From Squalus acanthias (Eukaryota), in contig JASTWF010000033.1 of assembly GCA_030390025.1 (NCBI GenBank), positions 3,784,001 through 3,848,000 on the forward strand: a DNA stretch of 64,000 nt, in the 5' to 3' direction. Position 1 is the stretch's first letter, and every line of letters starts with the position of its first letter. The notes under the pieces were generated by a model. The model worked only from the letters and a program-made list of their open reading frames with translations. It was not told where the DNA came from and did no database searches. A program made the position numbers and the translations under genes. This document shows positions 38,670-48,614 of the stretch, piece by piece.

Positions 38670-40481
38670 ATGGCGACCGCGGCAGGACACTGGCAGCGAG
38701 AGGGTAGTGTGTTAGACTTTGGAATGACTGTACGAAATGTTATGCAGGAAAAGATAGCAGATTATGTGTTTGGAAAGGTTAATCTAACTAAGAAATGGAT
38801 AAGTGAATTGTTAGCGGATAAAAGCCCGTTAGAGGCAGCCGAAAGGTGGACAGATAGTAAAGAACATAGAAAGACACTTGAGAAAGCAGTCTGGCTTATG
38901 TGTTACAAAAGGCAGGTTCAGATTTCAAACCAGACCATTACAGCGCTAGTAGCCCGAATCAGTCATTTAGAGGGAGAAATGGATGAGCAGGTTTATGGAG
39001 GGGAGGTGCTCATTAAGAATTTAAATGAGTTACACCAAGAAAGCCAGGAAGTCTCCAGTCACCTTAAAACAAGGATAGATTATCTCGAGTGCCAGGTCAC
39101 TGAGGCGAAGGTGAATGAGAGCAGGTTAAAGGAAAGATGTAACCGCCAAGCTGCCCAGATAAGAACTCAAGAAGAGAGCTTAACGGGGGTTAGGGCGGCA
39201 TATAAGTTGGCCCTTGAGGATAAGTTTGAGGGAGCCGACCATAGTGCCTGCCAAAGGGAGATAGAGCACCTCAAGAAGGCCGTAAACAAAGCGAACGGCA
39301 TGGTGTGCCTTATCAGTCCGTCAGCACACCAGCCGTTAGTAAGTGAGAAGTTTAAGAAATCCCCACCAAGCAAAGCAGAAGAAGTAGTAGCCACTGCGCC
39401 CTCCGCGCCACCCAGCTATTCGGAAACCTGGGTTAGGGAGGAAGCAATGGAAGAAACAAAAGAGCCCATTGAGAAAGAAGTATGAAAGGGACCGTTGTAT
39501 CCAGTAACGGGCATTAAAAGGGGCCCAAGCAGAAACGGTGGGGAAGAACCGGGGGATCTCCTCGGACAGCTGGTGTTGCCTCACAGTTCACATCAGCTGA
39601 GAGCTATGATAAATCACGTACGGAAGCTGACCGAGTCAGACGACCCTTCCGTACATTTCAGAGAAGTTGAGCAAGCCGCAGCCATTAACGGCTGCGATGA
39701 TGGGGAAACAGCAAAAATGCTGCTGTTCTCATTAGACAGCTCGGTCCTTCAGTGTCTCTCAGGCGAGAGCAAGAGGGGAACCAAGAGTTATGAGGAATTA
39801 AAGAATGAGGTCCTGGAAGTGTTGGGGGCGAACGATGAAGGTCCGTTTGCTAGAGTGGGACAGACAGTGCAGATGGAGGGAGAACCCCCGAAGGTTTTTG
39901 CCGACAGGCTGTGGCCAGTATATGAGCGCAGCTGTCTAGGTGCGCCCGAGCGCGAAGATGTGGAAAGCTTAGCTTTAACTCATTGGCTTAGGTGCATAAT
40001 AGCCAACAGTTTACCAGCCGTCAGAGAGCAGGCAAAAGCATGGTTTGATCCCAATGACCCCAACATTACGGAAGAGTCGGTCTTGAATCGACTCACGTTA
40101 GGATATCACAATATAAGGGGTATGGCAACACGTCCCCTTAAGGGAAGAGTACATGAGGTACGACCCGCAGCCCCGTATCAAAGAGAGTGGCATCAGGAGG
40201 GTAATCGCACCCCACAGGCAGGTAATGCTTGTTACGGGTGTGGGAAGACAGGGCACTGGCGCAAGCATTGCAGGAACCCTTGGAAGGATTCCAAGGATAA
40301 AAATCCCGCGGTCCGAGCCCAGGCGCCTGTCCCGGCTAAGGAAGCTAAGGCACCCACCCCTCCCGACGACCTCGAAGTAGTGTTAGGAGCCATGCGCAAT
40401 CTAATCTTGAGTGCACGTGGACAGGTGGCGGTCGCAACCGGCCCCGTAGGTGCCGCAGGACCGTCTAATAGTACCCAATGA
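38670..40481 (+). pseudogene. gag: Inner gag (~600 codons) with a single in-frame TGA at 39483-39485
   Basis: ORFs 38670-39485 and 39495-40481 share a frame; coiled-coil N region, PSAPPSY late-domain-like motif, capsid-like region and CCHC knuckle CYGCGKTGHWRKHC. Confidence 0.9.
38671..38688 (+). promoter_or_regulatory. Primer binding site (tRNA-Arg(UCG)-like), inner provirus
   Basis: TGGCGACCGCGGCAGGAC, 18 nt, 5 nt downstream of the LTR; same PBS as the outer element. Confidence 0.85.
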
Positions 40482-41603
40482 CTAGAGCCCACGCAGCCTG
40501 CCTACCTGTGTCTTTTTAAAAGACACGCACAGGAGGGGGTCTGCGGTGAGGAGGCCAGGTTAAAAGAGCAGGCCTTGCGGGAGGAGAACGCCCGCTTAAT
40601 AGGGAAAATAGATGGGCTGGAAGGGCAGCTTAGAGAGCAGGCCCTGCGGGAGGAGAACGCCCGATCAATGGGAAAGTTAGACGTGCTCAGGCTAGAAGCG
40701 CAGCTTAGTGAGATAAAAGCAGCCTACAGGGTAGCCAAAAGCCGGGAGTATGAGGATGTAAACCAATGCAAACTGTACCAGCCAGGTGCGCAAGGGAAAA
40801 CTACAGGGGTAAATCCCGCCAACGGGAAAGCACAGCCCCAGGTAGGACCACAAGGCACACAGGCAGGCATAGCAGCTTGCATCAGGGGAAGGGACATCCC
40901 GGACGATCATGCAGCGTTTTTCTGGAATTGGGGGTAAGATGAGGAAGAATTCAGGGTACCCGGGTCTGATGAGGATAGTGCAGATGAGGATAGCGATGAC
41001 GACGGGTGGTTTCGGAGGAACGGTCCCTTTTACGATATGGAAGGGACAGGGGCTGCAGGTAGAGATCCACACAGGGTGGACACACGAGCTGCAGGTCCCG
41101 AAGACAGGAGGGAGGAGCTAGGGGAGGCGGGGCCAGCCGCTATGGGAGCACAGAGAGTACCGGTGTGGCTCCCAGAGATGTGGCCGCCCGCTTTGAACGT
41201 CCCGTCCTTGGGGGAGGCGGAGATCACGAGTGAAGGGCCGCCTGCTGGGCCGAGCAGGGCGGGGCCACAAACTGCAAGCCCCGAGGTTAGGGAGGCGGAG
41301 TCAGCGGAGGCGGAGCCAGCGACTGTGATGGAACCCCAGGTCATCCCGATGGAAGTCTCGGAACCCGGTCCGTCCGTCACGGAACCCCCGCCCATAGCAA
41401 CTCCCCGTAGGTCAAGTAGAGAACCCCAGCCCAGGAGGATGTGGTCATGTCCCCAGACTGCCCCAAGGCGTAGAGTTAAGGTTAAGATAACCCAGATACA
41501 GGCCGGCCACATCGCGGCAGCAACAGGCTGCGGCAGATCGGAGGGAAGTGTCAGTGCCCTCCCACCGTCGGGAAGAGCTCGCAGCAGCCTTCTCAGAATT
41601 TAA
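40482..41603 (+). other. ORF-X: ~373-codon non-enzymatic frame in the pol position, in frame with gag, with one internal TAA (40935-40937)
   Basis: Translates LEPTQPAYLC...REENARL...REENARS...AAYRVAKSR...WNWG*DEEEFRVPGSDEDSADEDSDDDGWF...RRSSREPQPRRMW...; ORFs 40575-40937 and 41037-41603 are both in the gag frame. Confidence 0.7.
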
Positions 41604-41866
41604 AGGGGCCGCCCTGAGAACGGGCGGCACTGTAAAGTTATTAGTTTTAAGTTTTAAGTAAATAGTTCAAGGTTAAGTTTGTAGTGTTTTTAACAGAAAA
41701 CGATAAAATGATGGGAGCTTTAAAGATAGGTTTAGTTAAAGTTTATTCAGCGAACGTTGAAGTTTACGTGAGGCGAGGTCAGGGGACCCGCTCACCCTTC
41801 ACAAAAGCCAGAGACTCTTGCGAGGCTGGCTACCTCATTCTATCTGATCACAGGAACCAAGGAAGG

Positions 41867-44218
41867 ATGGAACGAATTCTAGTATTGCTCGTGGCAATCG
41901 GATGTGGATTGGCCTATCGAGGCCGCACCAAGGATGTCGTGGTGTTTGGATGTTCCGGGGATGCGGCCCCCATCGCGGTGGATGGGACCGGAAGACGGGA
42001 GGCAGAGGAGACCAGCACCTATTTCCACAAGGGAAGGTGGCCAGGATGGCTAGGAACGAACTCAACGGAGTATTCTAGCACATCGGGGTTTGCCTACAAA
42101 GAGACTTCTTTACTGTGCCCCAAAGTAAGGATCATCGCACCCAGGATCAGCGTCACCGTCGGCAAACGGATTTGTTTGACTTGTAGTGGGAAGGTCCCAT
42201 TGAGCCGATGGTGGTGGCTGCGAAAGCTGAGCAAAACTATGAGGAACTCTTCGGTCGAGTGGGAACGACTGGGTAATAATACCCATCGGACAATTACGGG
42301 GACAAACGGACAAGTGAAAGTCTGTTGGGACAAATGGTGGGAACCGGACGAGGGAATTTATGTATGTATGTGGGGGTCAAAGTACGTTTGCCCCAAAGGC
42401 ATCTCCATATTTTTCATTAATCAATGGCAGGATAACGGACAGGGGATGAGGTGGGATGCGAGCACCAGGGGGTGCGGAGCCCCATTCTCCCCGATCCCAG
42501 TAAATGCCACTGAGCTCATTGCGCGCCCACGCAAAGCCCCGCCCACGATTCCGGTGGTTCTAGCTAAGGAAGAAGGGTGCCCTAAAACTAGTAAGGGACC
42601 CGGGAATGGTTTGGTACTGGTCCCCACAGACCAGATACTATTTCAGGGAGTACATTACGCGGTGGCCTCGGTGATTTTAAATCTCACCGAGGTGCGGTTA
42701 CCAGAGTGGTGCCCCAAATAGACGGAACAGTTGTATCAGGTCCTGTTGACCAAGATGTTCAGACAATTTTACGAATTCGATTTCGCGGAAATTGATAAAA
42801 CAAGTTTGTACACTGCACCACAGGAAGTTTTGAATCAAGCAGGGAGGCAAAGAAGGGGTTTGGTGAACGATGCGTTCACTGCTTTTAACACAGGTACATC
42901 TGTGGTCAACGCTCTAGACAGTGTGGAGCTGCAGACCCAGATTAATGGTTTAAAGACACAATTAAAAGACATTCTAACAGATGAGAATAAAGTGGTAGGG
43001 TCGGGTCTACACGAGGACCAAGCCATGACTCTCCATTTAAAGGAAATTATAGCAGAGTTGGAGAAACATGCAAAGACGGTAAATGCCCTGATTAGGGAAG
43101 ATCGGAATGCATCCGACCAAGCTGCGCAGAACGAGGTGTGCGTGCTTTACGGGGCGTGGTTACTGGGCGAGGGCCGCAGTAATTTGGAGGATTTAAAACA
43201 AGGTTTGGTTCCGTCCTGGATAAGTAACAAACACCTGCGGGCGCTCCACCCTTTTCAGAACGCATTAAGTCCGTGCCAGCTCAGGCTAGCTTCAGAAGCT
43301 TACCCAGTCCCCGTGGACTGCGGACGTTCAAACCATACTATTATGGGAATAGTATTACGTATGCCGGTTTTGGGCGACACAGCAAAGCCCGCCCCGGTGT
43401 ATCGGGTAGAGAACATTGGTGTCATTCAGGGGGGAGCCCACATTCGTTATGCAGCGGTTCCACCTTACGTCATCCGCTGGGAGCAAACGATGACAGGTAC
43501 AGATCTCTCTGGTTGTCGTGGCAGGGGAGCACACATAATACTGTGCCCCCAGCACTTGAATGCCTTTTTAACACCACAGTGCGGGTTCAGAACGACTGGC
43601 GCCAAGTCCATGAATTGCACCATGGAGGCAATGGCACAAGATCATGTGCCTCCGCAGGTAGCATACATCGGGGGTGGAACATATTGTGTTACCACTGCAG
43701 CGCAACACTACCAGCATGGAAACCGTAGCCGGTGTCCGGTGAGTGACAGCAGTTTCTGTTTTAAACCCAGGGCGGAAGTTCAAGTAGCACAACAGCGAAT
43801 TATCCCAATCCCTGAACCATCCACTGTTCATCTCACAGTAAAAGAGAATTTCACCGACTTGCAGCGATTCGTCGCGCATTTTGGATACCTCATTCCCCCT
43901 CTCCCTGAACACCTCACCAAACTTTTAAAAGCCGTCGCGGTGTCACAGAAACATTTTTACACATTAGAACAGAAAACTGTCGAAATAGGAACAGACATTT
44001 TGGATATAGTAGTTCCACCGTGGTGGAATCTGTTCACCAATATTGAAGTGCCTTCATGGATCAGAATAGCCTCCTACATTTTAGTCGTATGCCAAGTGTT
44101 TATTGTAGTGTACCTATTGGTCGTACATTGTAAAAGAGACAAACGCCTCACTAAGCATGAAAACACGGGAGAGTGGCGAGAACGTTACGTGCGCGTGCAC
44201 GATGAAAGCACCGTGTAA
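41867..44218 (+). pseudogene. env: Inner env (783 codons): signal peptide, Ig-like domain, furin site, class I fusion module and TM anchor; single in-frame TAG at 42719-42721
   Basis: MERILVLLVAIGCGLA signal; RQRR|GLVNDAFTAFNTGTSVVN at 42845 onward; heptad ELQTQINGLKTQLKDIL; Cys-rich region; TM IASYILVVCQVFIVVYLLVV; candidate splice acceptor ...CTGATCACAG ending 41853. Confidence 0.9.
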
Positions 44219-44659
44219 TCGGAAAATGGCGTCACTCCCGCTCGCCACGTGCGTCGCGGAAGTTTGTACTCGATCATGATTTTCAGAGATTGTAAATACG
44301 TTGGGAACTCGACATGTTTTAAGAGTTGGTGTTGATTATTTTGGTGATGGTGTTACAGTTAGAATTGATTGTTTGGTTTTGGGTTTTGTTTTTCCTTTCC
44401 CTGAATAAAAGATGAATATACAGGTGATACGAGAGGCATCGGCCTGGTTACGCCGGGAAGGAAAACAAGTGGTGTAAGTTTAAGGGCAAATAATGCCTAC
44501 GGTGATATAAAATGTAATTTTCTTGGGAAATAAGGACGACACAGAGACCCTAGTTAGGTTAAAGTTATGGGATTAATTTGCTGGATTCGGAGAGAAATCG
44601 AGATAATATTGCTCACCACTATGATTTTTGATACGATAAGCGGAGTTATTCGCATCAAC

Positions 44660-44668
44660 AGGAGGGAC
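44660..44668 (+). promoter_or_regulatory. Short polypurine tract before the inner 3' LTR
   Basis: AGGAGGGAC|TGTAG; the outer element has GGGGGAC|TGAAG at 55586-55592. Confidence 0.75.
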
Positions 44669-46280
44669 TGTAGAATTCGCAATATATCGCGATTTTATTA
44701 ATAAGGAGAAAACACAGAGTTTCGTTCGGACAGCTTTTGTTTCAGCGGAATGCTGACAGGTTTAAAGTGGACACAAGCGGCCTGTGGGGTGGCCGCCGCA
44801 CCTCGTGACAGAACATTCTGGACTTTTCAACGGGCAGACAGGATGGCGTTCCAATGGACATTTGTGTAGGATCGATTGGGATTCAGCACAGTGAAGATAG
44901 TACACGAGACATTATGGGTTTGCAGTATACACATAAATACTGAAATCGGTCTCCCAGGTACAAATGAAAGCCATTGTACCGAGTAATCAAGGGCCCATCC
45001 AGGGGACATTAATATGTAAAATCCCAACGACTCTACGATGAGAGAGCCGTTGGCAGGTAGTTGTGCAAGACACTTGGAAGCCCCAGGACCCCTCCGGGGA
45101 GAACACCGACCGATTTAACAATGGGAGAAATATTGACAGGTGCTCAGACATTTACGAGTAGCCCCGAAGCCCATTGGGAGCGGAGATCACCCATGCGGGA
45201 CATTTGAGCGCCAGACCCTAAACAAAAGAATGGACATTATAGTTGGGCGGGAAACGGAAGATTTTGCACTATAATTGCAGGCTCCAAACCGTCCATCTTT
45301 CTCTTATCCGATCGATTCGTAACCTCGTGGCTGCTCCTGTGTACTCGTAGCTGGGCTCCTGCTTGCCTGTTGCCTCTTTTGAAAAGGACTGTTGAACTTT
45401 CTGATCCGTTCGGATCTACCTCGTGTCGCGTAACGAAGACCTATATTGGTAACCGGTATCGGAACCAAAGGCCCGAGAAGAGATGAGATGAGATGAGATG
45501 GGAAGAGACGAAGACCATACTTATCGCCACGGTCAGTAAGCCCCGACCGCGCCTGTAGGTCGAATTGACATTTTCCTTGCCAGGAAGACTTCTTCGAAAG
45601 AACGGACACCGGGAAATTCTTTTCTTAAGTATTGACTGGAATGTGAAAACCACCAATACAGATCTTCATCACAGCAGACGGTCCGGCCTGCTAGCCGGAG
45701 CAGCAGAAGCAAGTAAACAAGTGGGACCAGGAGATCTCCTGACCGACACGTGGGTGCTGCGGTGAAAAACATCCGATCAGCTATTCGGAATTTCTCCGAG
45801 TTATCACGAGTGGTGAGCATGAGTCTCGAAATCCTACGAATCTAGTTTAGGATAGATATTGATAGGGGAGGGTTTAAGGATTAAGGATATTTGTAATGTG
45901 TGCCCCTATTTACTATGTGCCGTTCGTTCCTCGTTTCCCTAAGATCGACTATATAACTGTTTGTAAGATTGTACTGTCATTAATCTGTGCTTATGACATG
46001 TATTTCATAATCTTAAGTATCATGCTATAAAGATTTTCCATTTCGTACCATTCAACCGAGTCTACATGAGTTTCATCTCCATTACTGCTCTCGCATCTAA
46101 GTCCAGTGTCTAGAACCGTAAGGGCGAGTGATTCGAACCACTCACAGGTGTGTCTAGTGTTCCCAGACTGGCTGGAGACCAGAACAGGCAACAAGGCCTA
46201 GACCCGCACTGACATACAGGCTGCACAGAGCCGCGTGAATCTCACAGGCTGCGAGACACGCAGGGTCAGAATCCCTTACA
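44669..46280 (+). repeat. Inner 3' LTR (1612 bp)
   Basis: Direct repeat of 37054-38665. Confidence 0.97.
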
Positions 46281-46284
46281 TGCG

Positions 46285-46511
46285 GGAGTAAAGGGCACTG
46301 GAGGAAAGACTGCCCAGTCTCTGACAAAAGGAGCGGGAAAGGGGATCCTCCAGCGCCAGTGCAGAAAGCCGCAGCTGTGGCAGGAAGCAGCACTGATCCG
46401 TTCGCGGTATTAGTGGCTGCTCTCCGCGCAGTCTTTCCGGCAGGGCAGGGTAGGGTGGACGCGGCAGCGGGCAGCGTACTCCCATCCCCCCCGAACAATC
46501 CCGACCCATGA
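46285..46511 (+). pseudogene. gag: Outer gag 3' end (rest of the zinc knuckle to the TGA stop)
   Basis: GSKGHWRKDCPVSD...PNNPDP*; rejoins 37053 in frame when the insert and one TSD copy are removed. Confidence 0.9.
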
Positions 46512-48614
46512 CTGGGGTCTTCTCAGCCCGTTTACCTGTGCCCACTAAGTTATGATGCTTGGAAGGGACTGTGCGTGAAGATGGGGGTGGAGAAGGTGCA
46601 AGGGACCTATCTGCTGGACACTGGAGCTTCAAGCACCGTTGTCTATGCGGATAACCCGACCACATCACCTCTATCGAATGGGGTCCCATATAACTTAGTA
46701 GGGTTCACCGGGAACGAACAGGCTGGGTCTTTCTCCATCCCACTACCCATCGATCTGGCTACACTCTGTACGGAGTGGATGTGTGTCCGGATGCGGTGGG
46801 AGCGGGAGGGAATAGGCATTTTGGGGGCAGACTTCATACTGGCCCACAAGATATTGGTGGATTTCCGGAATCACTGTCTTTGGGAGGCAGTGTGCACGGG
46901 GAAGGAGAAGGAGGTGATAGTTATACCAGGGAAGCAAGGCAAGGGAACCGTGTGTACGATGAAGCCCAAGGATAGTTATGACCTTGAACTTTTGGTCACT
47001 TCTACCCCGGCGGAGTACATAGCAGATGTGCGAGCCAACCTCGCGGCATTCGCTACACAGAAGCACGACTGTGGGAGGGTAATAGGGGTGGAGTTCAGAG
47101 TAGAAGGAGACCCCATGGCCAGACCACAGAAACAGTACAACTTCCCCAGATAGGCAGAGGCAGATTGAGAGACGGCTTTGGGACCACTGGTTGAGCAGGG
47201 TGTGTTGAGACCCATAGCGACCCATGTGAACTCTCCGATTTGGCCAGTTAGGAAACTGGACAATTCGTGGAGAGCCACTGTGGACTATCAGGTTCTTAAC
47301 AAGAACATCCTAGGCCTGTGCCCCCACCATTGCAGCCATAGCCGACCTGATCGGGATTATCACGGCATTCGCGAAAACATTCACAGTGCTGGACATTTCG
47401 AACGGATTCTGGTCTATCCCTCTCAAAAGGGAGGACCAGTATAAATTCGCATTTACTTTCAAGGGTCAGCAGTACACATGGACCTGCCTCCCCCAAGGGT
47501 TTCATAACAGTCCTTCTATTTTCCACCAATATATGGCCAACTGTTTAAAAGGGTTCAGCAGACAGCAGCGGCTTGTACAGTACGTGGACAACTTGCTCTT
47601 GTTCTCCAACGAGGGGGAGGAGCATGGCCCCCTGCTGGCTGAGCTTCTGAGTCTGTTAAAGGAAGCTGGGTTCAAGGTTAATCCCAAGAAAGCACAGATC
47701 GGCCAGCAGGACATAAACTTCCTCAGGCTGACCATACGTGCTGGGGAGAGGGCCATCGATGAGGCGAAAAGGAAGGCGGTACAGGAGCTACCTGCCCCGA
47801 CCACGATAACGGAGGTAAGATCCTTCCTGGGACTCACAGGATATTGCAGGGATTTCATAGAGGACTATGCCGCTACGGCAGCTCCTCTACTCCGGCTCCT
47901 TCACAAGGGAGTGGGATGGGTGAGGGATGAGGACTGCATGGCAGCTTTTAGTCGTCTGTAGAGAGATTTGCAGACCGCAGCGGCTTTAGGAGCGTTGATG
48001 GGGGGAAGGAGTTATTTTTGGAGGTAGCTGCCACAGGGGAGAGTTTGAGCGCAGTGCTGCTCCAGGAGCGGCATGGCAAGCTAAGGCCTGTGGTATACTC
48101 ATCAAGAATCCTCACAGATGTAGAGAGGGGGTACTCCAATTGTGAGAGGCACCTGCTTGCCACACATTGGGCCGTGAGGAGATCACAAATCTTCACGGTG
48201 GTGTCCCCGTTAACTCTCTTAACCCATCATTAGCCCACTCAGATGCTTCTGGATGGGAGGATAAAGGACGGCACGGTGAGCAGTGCACGCATTGCTCGCT
48301 GGACTTTATTGCTCTCTCAAACAAATTTGAGAGTGAAAGGCCTCTGTGAGCCCAAGCTCGCCGCAAATTTGATCTACCCAGGGGTGGCCAAAAATGTTCT
48401 GTTGAAGGGGTATGGGACGTAGAAATAGGGTTTCGGGCTGGGATCCATGTAGACGGGCCCAGTACAGTGGTGGCAGGGGAGCAACTCACTGGAAGCAGGA
48501 TTTTTGACCCAAAGGCAGGCAATGCCAAGGCTTTTACACTCCCGAGCACCATGAGCGCCCAGCAAGCTGAACTGTCGGCGGTGGTGTATGTGGTTACTCA
48601 CCCCGAAGTGTACC

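Larger units (their letters stand above)
37054..46280 (+). mobile_element. Inner, young, pol-less env-bearing provirus (9227 bp)
   Basis: 1612-bp LTRs TGTAG...TTACA, 4-bp TSD TGCG (37050-37053 / 46281-46284), PBS, PPT, gag, ORF-X and env; no PR, RT or IN motifs. Confidence 0.95.

Noticed and set aside
41684..41866. N-terminal extension of the env ORF
   Set aside because: The signal peptide, the upstream splice acceptor and homology to the outer env all point to the ATG at 41867.
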